A stretch of 64,000 nucleotides of DNA, taken from NCBI GenBank assembly GCA_963845145.1, contig CAWJQU010000005.1, positions 736,001 through 800,000 of the forward strand, in the 5' to 3' direction. Position 1 is the stretch's first letter, and every line of letters starts with the position of its first letter. Of this stretch, positions 10,077 to 18,824 are shown piece by piece. The translations under genes and the position numbers were made by a program. The notes beneath the pieces are model-generated. The model was not told the origin of the DNA. It ran no database searches and saw only the letters and a program-made list of their open reading frames with translations. Source of the stretch: an uncultured delta proteobacterium (GTDB lineage: Bacteria > Desulfobacterota > Desulfobacteria > Desulfobacterales > QNYZ01).

Positions 10077-13000
10077 ATGGATGGTTACAGGTTTGGAAAA
10101 ATGAAAAAGCAGTCTGCATCTTTCGCCAAGGTGACGCTACCCAGCCTCACCCGGATTTACCACCGAACCAGGCTTTTTAAACGAATCGATCAATCTTGCC
10201 GAAAACCACTTATCTGGGTCACCGGTCCCGGTGGTTGTGGAAAAACGACGCTGGTAAGCAGTTATGTCCAAAGCCGGGCGCTTTCTTGCCTCTGGTATCA
10301 GGTGGATCCCGGTGATGCTGACCCGGCCACTTTTTTTTACTATTTGGGGCTCGCCGCGAAAAAGGTCGCTCCCCGATACAAAAAATCTTTGCCGCTGCTG
10401 ACGCCGGAATACCTCCCCGGCCTGGATGTATTTACCTTGCGGTTTTTTGAAAAGCTTTACCAACGGGTGAAAAGTCCCGGTCTGGTTGTTTTGGATAATC
10501 TCCAGGAACTACCTGACGATTCAGCGCCATTAAAGCTGCTGGTGAGTAGCCTGTCGCTTTTGCCGGAGAGGACCAACGTCATTTTGATCAGCCGCAATCA
10601 TCCCCCGCCGCTTTTGGCTCGATTGCAGGCCAATCGCCAAATGCGGATTGTGGATTACCGAGATCTGCGATTAACCCTCGGCGAAACCGAAAATATTGCC
10701 CGACTGCATCTGGGCAAAAAGCTGCCCCAAAAGACGGCCAAAATCCTGCACCAACGTTCTGAAGGCTGGGCCGCCGGTCTGATGTTGATGATGGAAACCG
10801 GCCATTTACGCCGATCAACGATATCGGCCAAAGACCTGGAAACGCCTGAGGTGGTGTTTGATTACTTTGCCACGGAAGTTTTAGATCAACTACCCAAAAA
10901 TATTCAGGATTTTCTCCTTATAACCGCTTTGGGCCCCACCGTCAGCAGCCACCTGGCCAAAGCGCTCACCGGCGTTGCCGGTGCCCCGGGGATTTTATCT
11001 CGCCTGAGCAGGGAAAATTATTTTATTACCCGGCATAGCGGCAAGGCTGCGACCTATCAATATCACCCGCTGTTCAAAGAATTTTTAAATAAGAAGGCTG
11101 AAGCAACGCTGCCACGGAAAAACTTCATCAATCTGCAGCGTAAAACCGCCGCCCTGCTGGAAAAAGAGGGCGCCATCGAAGCCGCCGCCGAGCTGTCCAT
11201 CCGTACCGCGGACTGGGAAAGGCTCGCTGTTTTAACAATGAATCACGCCCCCCTGATACTCTCCCAGGGCCGTTTTAGCCTTTTAAACATCTGGTTGGGG
11301 CACTTCCCCGAAAAATGGATTCAACGCACGCCCTGGCTGTTGTATTGGCAGGGGGTCGCCAATCTTTTTATGGATCCGGCTGCAAGCCGCCAATCTCTTG
11401 AAGCGGCGTATCATCTTTTCAAATCCGGCAATGATCCGGTTGGTATGTTAGTGGCATGGGCGGGAATCATCGATGCCATTGAGTTTCAGGTGGAAGATCT
11501 GAGTGCCATGGATGAATGGCTCTCCGAGTTTGACCATTTAACGGATTCGTATCAAAAACTGGACGAACCTGAAATTCAGACCCAGGTGGCCTGTTCAATG
11601 TTAAGGGCGCTTACCTTCCGACAGCCGCAACACCCTGATTTTGATACGTGGCTCAAGCGAGCTCTCCAGCCGCCCCGTGATGCGCTTACCGCCAATAAAA
11701 CGGCCCACATGCTCTGTATGCTCCTGCTCCACTATTTCATGGGTACCGCCGAAATCGCAAAAGCGGAAAAAACAAGGATCGAGGCTGAAAAACTGCTCGA
11801 ACTCCCCTTTGTTACCCCCTATGTCCGGCTCGCGGTCAAAGTAATCGAGGCTATCTTTTATGTGTTGACGGGGGATCATGATCGATGCCGTCAGGCCGTG
11901 ACAGAAGGGCTTAAACTGGGACGTGAAACCGGTATTCTGCTATATGAAGTTGGCCTGACAATGTATTACATCGCCGATTTACTGAATACCAACGAAATTG
12001 AATTGGTCCAAAAGCACCTCCACGATCTGGGTGGATTTATTGAGTCTTCCAATTCATATGATAAAACCTTCTACTATTTTATGAAAGCACGAACGGCACT
12101 GGCTGTGGGCGAATTGAATAAGGCGCGCATCCATGCTGAGACAGCCCTCGGTATGGCCCGGAAATTAGGGATACCGGTGATCGCATGTGATGCTCATATT
12201 CTTTACGGTTTCATATTACACGCATCCGGCCACCCCCAAAAGACGGAGGCTCAATTGGAAAAGGCCGATGAATTGATCCGTCGGCATCATGTATCTATCT
12301 CCCGGCTCTATTACTTACTTGCAAAAGCCTATTTCACCTTGGAACAAGGGCAAACCGATCAGGGTTTAAAAGGACTTCAAAAAGGGTTTGCCTACGGTCA
12401 AAAGATCGGCTTGTTGCCCCTTTTCCTGGACCATCCGGCCGCAACCGCAAAACTATGTGTGACGGCCCTGGAAAATAACATCGAAGTTGATTACGCTCGT
12501 AAAATTATCCAAACTCGGCATCTGACCTGCGATCCGCCACCCTTGCACCTGGACAACTGGCCCTGGCCCATACAGATTCAAGCCTTCGGTCGTTTCAATC
12601 TGGTTGTCGATGACCAACCGGTTCGGTTTTCCCGCAAAGCCCAGCAAAAACCGTTGGATCTGTTGAAAATGATTGTCGCGTTGGGTGGCCAAAATGTTAA
12701 CGAAGCGCGGATTACCGATGAACTTTGGCCCCATGCCGATGGCGATAAAGCCCATCAGGCCTTTGCCACCACCCTGCATCGTTTGCGTAAACTGATCCAA
12801 TATCCCCAGGCGATCCTCTTCACGGGTGGCCGGGTTTCGCTGGACAGTCAGTATATTCGGATCGATACCCACGCCTTTGATCAGATGGTTAACCAACTGG
12901 ACGCAATCGGACCAAGCCTGCCAAAAAGTGCTGAAACCCAAAAACGCATCCGCCTTGCCCGGCAGGCCATAGCAATATACCAGGGCCCCTTTTTAAGCGA

Positions 13001-13316
13001 TGAATCCTGGGCCGCTTGCTTTATTTCCCAAAGAGAGCGATTTAGCCACCGTTTCCAGAATTTGATAACGCAACTGGGCGACGACTGGGCGGCCGATGGT
13101 CAATGGGAACACGCCATCGCCTGTTATCGGCAGGGGCTTGATAAAGAGCCCCTAACCGAGACGTTTTACCAGCGTCTGATGGTTTGTCATGCCAACCAGG
13201 GACAACATTCAGAAGCGCTGAAGGTCTACGATCGCTGCAAAAAAATGCTCTCCCAGGTATCAGACCGGGCGCCATCCCAGTCGACCCAAACCGTTTACAA
13301 AACGCTGCTAAACTGA
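10077..13316 (+). CDS. MalT-like ATPase/TPR regulator with C-terminal wHTH-BTAD (SARP-type) module
   Basis: Walker A GPGGCGKTTL, Walker B LVVLDN, SEGWAAGL, YQYHPLF; TLHRLRKL, IYQGPFL, ETFYQRLM. Confidence 0.92.
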   Translation: MDGYRFGKMKKQSASFAKVTLPSLTRIYHRTRLFKRIDQSCRKPLIWVTGPGGCGKTTLVSSYVQSRALSCLWYQVDPGDADPATFFYYLGLAAKKVAPRYKKSLPLLTPEYLPGLDVFTLRFFEKLYQRVKSPGLVVLDNLQELPDDSAPLKLLVSSLSLLPERTNVILISRNHPPPLLARLQANRQMRIVDYRDLRLTLGETENIARLHLGKKLPQKTAKILHQRSEGWAAGLMLMMETGHLRRSTISAKDLETPEVVFDYFATEVLDQLPKNIQDFLLITALGPTVSSHLAKALTGVAGAPGILSRLSRENYFITRHSGKAATYQYHPLFKEFLNKKAEATLPRKNFINLQRKTAALLEKEGAIEAAAELSIRTADWERLAVLTMNHAPLILSQGRFSLLNIWLGHFPEKWIQRTPWLLYWQGVANLFMDPAASRQSLEAAYHLFKSGNDPVGMLVAWAGIIDAIEFQVEDLSAMDEWLSEFDHLTDSYQKLDEPEIQTQVACSMLRALTFRQPQHPDFDTWLKRALQPPRDALTANKTAHMLCMLLLHYFMGTAEIAKAEKTRIEAEKLLELPFVTPYVRLAVKVIEAIFYVLTGDHDRCRQAVTEGLKLGRETGILLYEVGLTMYYIADLLNTNEIELVQKHLHDLGGFIESSNSYDKTFYYFMKARTALAVGELNKARIHAETALGMARKLGIPVIACDAHILYGFILHASGHPQKTEAQLEKADELIRRHHVSISRLYYLLAKAYFTLEQGQTDQGLKGLQKGFAYGQKIGLLPLFLDHPAATAKLCVTALENNIEVDYARKIIQTRHLTCDPPPLHLDNWPWPIQIQAFGRFNLVVDDQPVRFSRKAQQKPLDLLKMIVALGGQNVNEARITDELWPHADGDKAHQAFATTLHRLRKLIQYPQAILFTGGRVSLDSQYIRIDTHAFDQMVNQLDAIGPSLPKSAETQKRIRLARQAIAIYQGPFLSDESWAACFISQRERFSHRFQNLITQLGDDWAADGQWEHAIACYRQGLDKEPLTETFYQRLMVCHANQGQHSEALKVYDRCKKMLSQVSDRAPSQSTQTVYKTLLN

Positions 13317-13335
13317 GAACAACACATCATTTTTC

Positions 13336-13374
13336 CTATCCGTAATCTATCTGTAACCCATTTCCTGATATAAT
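13336..13374 (+). promoter_or_regulatory. 11-bp direct repeat plus TATAAT
   Basis: ctatccgtaat/ctatctgtaac (13336-13357); tataat at 13369-13374. Confidence 0.6.
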
Positions 13375-13535
13375 AAATTTTTTTGGAGAAGCCATCGATT
13401 CGCGGATGAATCTGATGGCATGATGTTTATGGTGGCATGGCGTTTATGGTGGTCGACTCGCCCAAAACCAACGTTGCCATCTCAAGGATTCAACATATCA
13501 TCAGAGCAGATGCGAATAAAAAGGAGAAAATAAAG

Positions 13536-14042
13536 ATGAAAGAGTACGATCCGTGCCAGAAAACCACCAAGATAGTGGATATCAAAAAAGGCCGCCGGGC
13601 GGCGTTAAAGAAAATCGCCCTGGGAACCGGTCTTGCCGTCGGAGTGGCTGGATTGCCGCGGAAATGGACCCAACCGGTCATTGATATGGTAATTCTTCCC
13701 GCCCACGCACAGACTAGCACGACACCACCAACCTGCGAGTGTCAAATCGCGGATCTTGAGGTCAATTCGGTTGCAAACACCTTTTCCGCCACGTATTCGT
13801 GGTCGAATTGCCCGAATATTGATCAAACCCATTTGGTTATTGCCGGGCCGGGTGTGGAAAATATTTTGGGTTATATTCAACCTTTTGCAAATCCCAGTGG
13901 CTCTCGAACAGACTTGATTGACACCCCGCCATACAACGCCACTATATTTCAGCAAGGTGAAACCTATGTCTTTACCTTAACATTGGAGGACGAAAATGAC
14001 GTCGTGTTCCACACCTGCATTGAAACAATTGTGGCGATATAG
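13536..14042 (+). CDS. Exported protein with extended twin-arginine-like leader
   Basis: AAGGAG RBS; GRRAALKK...LPRKWTQPVIDMVILPAHA-QTS; beta-rich mature part. Confidence 0.8.
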   Translation: MKEYDPCQKTTKIVDIKKGRRAALKKIALGTGLAVGVAGLPRKWTQPVIDMVILPAHAQTSTTPPTCECQIADLEVNSVANTFSATYSWSNCPNIDQTHLVIAGPGVENILGYIQPFANPSGSRTDLIDTPPYNATIFQQGETYVFTLTLEDENDVVFHTCIETIVAI

Positions 14043-14164
14043 CTTTGATGGACGGGGTAATCATTTTTCTTATGTGAAAAACAAAAGATACCTTTCTCAT
14101 AAAAAAAAATCGCCAAGAAACCTTTTGGTGTAGATCCTAATATCATCTTTATCGAAAGGCGATT

Positions 14165-15358
14165 ATGAAAAAGACTACTACGTTCATTGCTATTTTCGCT
14201 CTTTTTATCTTTTCACCGTTGACCCATGCTGCAGATTTCCATGTCAACGGTTCCTCCGGGACAGATAGTGGCAGTTGCGGCGCTCTTTTGGCTCCTTGTA
14301 AAACAGTAGAGCAAGGGGTTACTAATGCCGGGCCCGGAACCAACGTGGTTAAAATTACCGTTGGCAACTATACCGAGAGGATTGAAATTGACTATTCAGT
14401 AGCGGGGCTTACGCTGCAAGGCGGCTGGAACGACGACTTTTCCGCTCAAGATTGCAATGCAAATCTAACGGTATTACGACCTAACAGCAATAGCTCTATA
14501 ATTGGAACAAGTGCCGCTTCCACAGTGAACATATATTGCCTAACCTTCAAAGGCGTGGATGATACGCATCGGAACGGGATAGCTCTTAAAGCATTAGGGG
14601 GTACACTCATATTCAGTATGAATCGATCTATCATCGATGGATTTGCTGGAAGTGGAATAAGCCTTTACAGTGATACCGCTGGGGCCATTGATGTGACAAT
14701 TCAGAACTCTGTCTTTAAGAATGCGTATCAACCGGCAGTATCACTCTGGCCCGGTGGTGGAATAGATGCAACTGCATCGGGTGGATCGGGGCAAACAATC
14801 GTTTTGGAAAATTGTTTGTTGTTTAATAATGAGGCAACAAAAGGGGCAGCGCTAAACTTGCTTGCCATCAACAATTCGTCGCTCAATCTGTCATTGACAA
14901 ACGTTACCCTTGCGGGCAATCGTTCTATCGGCCTTGACCTAGGCGGCGGCATAAATGCTGTATCATCAAGCTCAGGACAAACTACGGTGGATATTACCAA
15001 TTCCATTGTATGGGGGAATACCTGTCAGGGCACACCAAGAGATGTAGATATTTTTCAGGGCTCGCCCGGGAGTACCACGGTGAACGCCCGTTATTCGATT
15101 ATTGGAGAGATTTACAACTCGCAAAACTATTCTGGGACTTATAACGACAACGGCCACAATATCAATATCGACCCCCGGTTAAATAGCACTTATCATTTGA
15201 ATGCCGACTCACCGGCCATTGATACAGCCTTGTGTGGATTCTATTCGACGCCGTACTACCTACGTGTAGCTCCGTATGACGACATCGACGGCGACCAAAG
15301 GCCCGGTATTCCTAAGGTGTCAGGCTGTGATATCGGTGCCGATGAATATGTTGGATGA
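14165..15358 (+). CDS. Secreted right-handed beta-helix protein with choice-of-anchor-Q-like C-terminus
   Basis: Signal peptide; Asn/Gly ladder repeats; DPRL..YHLNADSPAID..DGDQRP..CDIGADE. Confidence 0.85.
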   Translation: MKKTTTFIAIFALFIFSPLTHAADFHVNGSSGTDSGSCGALLAPCKTVEQGVTNAGPGTNVVKITVGNYTERIEIDYSVAGLTLQGGWNDDFSAQDCNANLTVLRPNSNSSIIGTSAASTVNIYCLTFKGVDDTHRNGIALKALGGTLIFSMNRSIIDGFAGSGISLYSDTAGAIDVTIQNSVFKNAYQPAVSLWPGGGIDATASGGSGQTIVLENCLLFNNEATKGAALNLLAINNSSLNLSLTNVTLAGNRSIGLDLGGGINAVSSSSGQTTVDITNSIVWGNTCQGTPRDVDIFQGSPGSTTVNARYSIIGEIYNSQNYSGTYNDNGHNINIDPRLNSTYHLNADSPAIDTALCGFYSTPYYLRVAPYDDIDGDQRPGIPKVSGCDIGADEYVG

Positions 15359-15472
15359 AACGCTATGTTTTCCGGTGAAATCAAAAAATGGCAACGTTGC
15401 CATCATCTGTATGTGAGCGAGGCGCTATCTTTTTATGGGTGCGAAAGGGGCTTTTGTTTCGCGACGAACCCT

Positions 15473-15500
15473 GTAGGAGCACGGCATGTCATGCCCCTAC
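15473..15500. repeat. GTAG-type REP-like palindrome
   Basis: gtaggagcacggcatgtcatgcccctac imperfect hairpin with GTAG/CTAC ends. Confidence 0.7.
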
Positions 15501-15607
15501 AAACCAACCGGGCGTTACTGCGAGGAGAAACGATAAATCACGTCATAGCGAAAAGGAACGACGAAGCAATCTCCCGGTAGAAACCAATTAAACAGGAGTC
15601 AATAATA

Positions 15608-16162
15608 ATGGCAGATCGAAAGAATTTGACGGTACTCTTTCTGGCGGTTTTAATTTTTATGACAACAGGCTGTAGCAGTGAAACAAACTCCAACGCCGCC
15701 GATCAAAAAAAACCCGCCCAAAAGAGCAGCAACAAACTAATTGAGCCCTGCGAGCTGATCACCCAAGCGGAAGCCGAAGAGATCATGGGGGTGGTATTCA
15801 AAGAGGGCAAATATAGCGATCAGGAAATGGTTGGCCAGAAGATATGCTTTTATGAAACGGTGGATGAGAACTCCTTTGTCTTTTTTCAGATTAGTCTGAC
15901 CCAGAACGCGTTCATTTCGCCCAAAATTTTCGCTTCCGGGCAAAGCACCCAAACGATGTTCAGCGCGATCAAGAAGGCTTTTCCAGATGGAGAAATAATT
16001 AATGGAACGGGTGATGATGCATTTATTGCCCCTCCCGGAATTCATATTTTATATGGCGATTATTACATGACCCTTGGGGCCGGAAACATCAATAAAAACA
16101 GAGACAAACTGAACATTGCGAGTGCAAAGGCAATGGCCAATCTTGAAGCGGCGTTGAAGTAA
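15608..16162 (+). CDS. Lipoprotein, hypothetical
   Basis: AGGAG RBS; lipobox TTGC; PCELITQAEAEEIMG motif. Confidence 0.85.
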   Translation: MADRKNLTVLFLAVLIFMTTGCSSETNSNAADQKKPAQKSSNKLIEPCELITQAEAEEIMGVVFKEGKYSDQEMVGQKICFYETVDENSFVFFQISLTQNAFISPKIFASGQSTQTMFSAIKKAFPDGEIINGTGDDAFIAPPGIHILYGDYYMTLGAGNINKNRDKLNIASAKAMANLEAALK

Positions 16163-16228
16163 ACGGCGTGGGGTTTTCTTAGCTTGCATTGTATTACCCT
16201 GTTTTATCGCACACATTCGGAGGTAAAA

Positions 16229-17270
16229 ATGAACCATCATCGTCGATATTTTTTAGAGTCAAAATGGATTTGGATAGTGATACTTGTTGCCGGCTTCCTT
16301 AGCATGACATCAATCTCCGGGGTTGCAAAAGAGGTGACCCGCGATGTCGATAACAGCCAGGACAACCCATTAATCAGCCGCTATGAAGGCTCTTTTATCA
16401 TCGGCTATGCGCACAAAAAGTACAGTGATTTTCTGCTGCCGCTATCGGCTCCCAAAACCTGGGAGCCGGAGTTGGAAAAGAAAATGAAGGTTGAAGGGGA
16501 ACATACCCGTATCATCTATGTGGCGCCCGATAAGAGATCGACCCTGGAGGTATTTCGAAACTATCAGAACGAATTAAAGAGGGACAACGTTGAGATCCTC
16601 TTTTCCTGCGAGCAAAGCGAGTGCGGCAAAAAAGAGGGGCAGGTGCTGGTTCAGAAAATTCTCTATTCACCGCAAGCAAATTTGAAAAATATTAGCAAAG
16701 TGACGGAACGTGCGTTTACCTTTCCCGTTGAAATGAGATATTTATCCGCTAAAATCACGGGAGAGAAAGAGGCCTACATCTCTATTTTTGTGGCCCAAGA
16801 GACATTCGATCATTTTGAAGAGACCGCTTCCCGCACCCTTGTTCTGCTGGATGTGATTGAAATGGAAGCGATGGAAAAAAAGATGGTGGTGGTCCCGGCG
16901 GAAAAGATGGCCGCAGAGTTAAACGCAAAAGGCTCTTTTTCTCTATACGGGATCTATTTTGATACGGGCAGCAGTGTGATAAAGCCGGAATCAAAAGAAG
17001 CATTGGTGGAGATCGAGAAGCTGTTTCAGCAAAATCCCACGCTAAAGTTATACGTTGTCGGCCATACCGATAATGTCGGCGGATTTGAATACAATATCAA
17101 TCTCTCTCAAAAACGAGGCAAGGCGGTGGTGGACGCCCTGGTGAAAGACCATGGCGTGGATCCCAAGGTGCTAAAAGCCCATGGGGTGGGCGATGTTGGC
17201 GCCCAAGGCACCCAATGATACCGATGAGGGCCGTCAGCTCAATCGCCGGGTGGAGTTGGTTAAGCAGTAG
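16229..17270 (+). CDS. DUF4892/OmpA-C peptidoglycan-binding protein, +1 frameshift near 17191
   Basis: DNPLISRYEGS; GIYFDTG, VVGHTDNVG, NLSQKR; shifted frame continues MLAPKAPNDTDEGRQLNRRVELVKQ*. Confidence 0.9.
16954..17127 (+). repeat. 174-bp direct repeat copy 1 (OmpA domain)
   Basis: Matches 20398-20571 with one substitution seen (cga/cgg). Confidence 0.95.
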
Positions 17271-17472
17271 GCACAAACGGTATCAGGACTTGAGGGATGC
17301 CATCTCTTGTCCCGCTGGAGTCTTCTCAAAGATGGAAGACGCATTATTATGCAAGCATCTTTTAACAGTAACGGTTCTGCTGACGATTGGTTATGGCGGG
17401 TTTATTCTGCTGTTGAAAAAATACAATAAATAGTTATTTGTCAGTTGATTCTTTAAGGATGGATAAAAAGGA

Positions 17473-17568
17473 TTAGCCAACATGATCATTAAGGAAGACT
17501 TTTGGGGCCAAGGGCTGGGGAAATGGTTGGTCCAATGCATTTTTGAACATCCAGTGGTTGCACCTTAA
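17473..17568 (+). pseudogene. GNAT acetyltransferase remnant
   Basis: LANMIIKEDFWGQGLGKWLVQCIFEHP resembles GNAT motif A; no N-terminal half. Confidence 0.6.
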
Positions 17569-17580
17569 GGAATAAACAAT

Positions 17581-18744
17581 TTAGCGCATAACCTCTGCGA
17601 CCTGCCATGGTGAAATGACATTTACACCATTTTTATAGGGGTACATCGCCTCAACCGGTGCTATGATCCATGCTTCGGTGATATCCAGATCCTTCAATGA
17701 GGTCCAGAAGTTTCGGTTGACTTCGGGAGCGGTTGACGCCTTGATTTCAAAAGCAACCCGTCGCAAGCCCTTTTCCATTATTAAATCGATTTCGGCACCG
17801 GAGGCGCTACGATAGAAATGGGGTGTCCATTGCGGATGGGTTGCAATGATATTCTCCATGACAAACCCTTCCCATGAAGATCCGTAAACCGGATGTCCCA
17901 AAAGATCGTTGTGGGTTTCAATTCCCAATAATGTATGCAAGAGACCTGTATCCCTGAGCATGACTTTAGGCGATTTTACGAGCCGTTTTTTCAAATTGGC
18001 ATGATAGGGTGGCAACACACGTAAAAGGTAAGTTTGTTCCAATATTCCTAAATATGAATTGATCGTATGGTGGCTGACGCCAAGAGAACTTCCCAAAGCG
18101 GAACGATTCAGCAGTTGACCATGAATGTGAGCGCACATCTGCCAGAACCGTTCAAGTTGCGGTGCAGGTAAATTAAATCCCAATTGCGGGATATCTCGTT
18201 CTAGAAAGGTGCGGATGAAATCCTCGCGCCATTCAAAGCTTAAGCGATCATTTTTGGCCAGAAAACTGCGGGGAAAACCACCTCTTAACCATAAATTTCG
18301 CATTTTCTCAGCGTCGTAAACCTTGGCGATTTCCAGCTGCGAAAAGGGCGCCAGTTCAATAAAAGAGATTCTACCCGCCAAAGATTCGGAAGTTTGTTTG
18401 ATCAGATGCGGCGACGCGGAACCCAGAACCAGAAACTGACCGTTTTTACCGACCCTGTCTATTTGTGAACGCATTTCAGCAAACAGCTCGGGCACTCTTT
18501 GGATCTCATCAAGGCAAATCAATTTATCCGAGTTAAGGCTAAAAAAAGCGTCGGGATCTCTGAGCTTGTTTAGATCCGCCCGTCGTTCAAGATCCAGGTA
18601 GATCGCATGATCCATTTCCCTGATAATGGCTTGGGCGAGCGTCGTTTTGCCACACTGCCGGGGGCCAAGGATGGCGACGGCGGGCATAGTGGTGAGCTTG
18701 TGCCTTATTTTTTTAGTGTCACTTCTATGTATGTAATCAATCAT
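17581..18744 (-). CDS. AAA_14 ATPase with DUF4143 domain
   Basis: GPRQCGKTTL, LDEIQ, LGSAS, RGGFP, KRLVKSPK, EIDL..FEIK. Confidence 0.93.
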   Translation of the reverse strand: MIDYIHRSDTKKIRHKLTTMPAVAILGPRQCGKTTLAQAIIREMDHAIYLDLERRADLNKLRDPDAFFSLNSDKLICLDEIQRVPELFAEMRSQIDRVGKNGQFLVLGSASPHLIKQTSESLAGRISFIELAPFSQLEIAKVYDAEKMRNLWLRGGFPRSFLAKNDRLSFEWREDFIRTFLERDIPQLGFNLPAPQLERFWQMCAHIHGQLLNRSALGSSLGVSHHTINSYLGILEQTYLLRVLPPYHANLKKRLVKSPKVMLRDTGLLHTLLGIETHNDLLGHPVYGSSWEGFVMENIIATHPQWTPHFYRSASGAEIDLIMEKGLRRVAFEIKASTAPEVNRNFWTSLKDLDITEAWIIAPVEAMYPYKNGVNVISPWQVAEVMR

Positions 18745-18781
18745 GATTGGATCGTAACTACCGATCTACAGAAAATCAAGC

Positions 18782-18824
18782 TAATTCTGCAAATTGGAAG
18801 CTCGTCCTCCAATTTGCAGAATTA
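18782..18824. promoter_or_regulatory. Perfect 17-bp inverted repeat, 9-nt spacer
   Basis: taattctgcaaattgga/tccaatttgcagaatta. Confidence 0.7.

Noticed and set aside
15365..15591. Two short ORFs
   Set aside because: Made of REP-like palindromes; no RBS or protein character
17215..17433. 72-aa ORF with hydrophobic tail
   Set aside because: 5' part overlaps the true OmpA C-terminal frame; remainder unsupported
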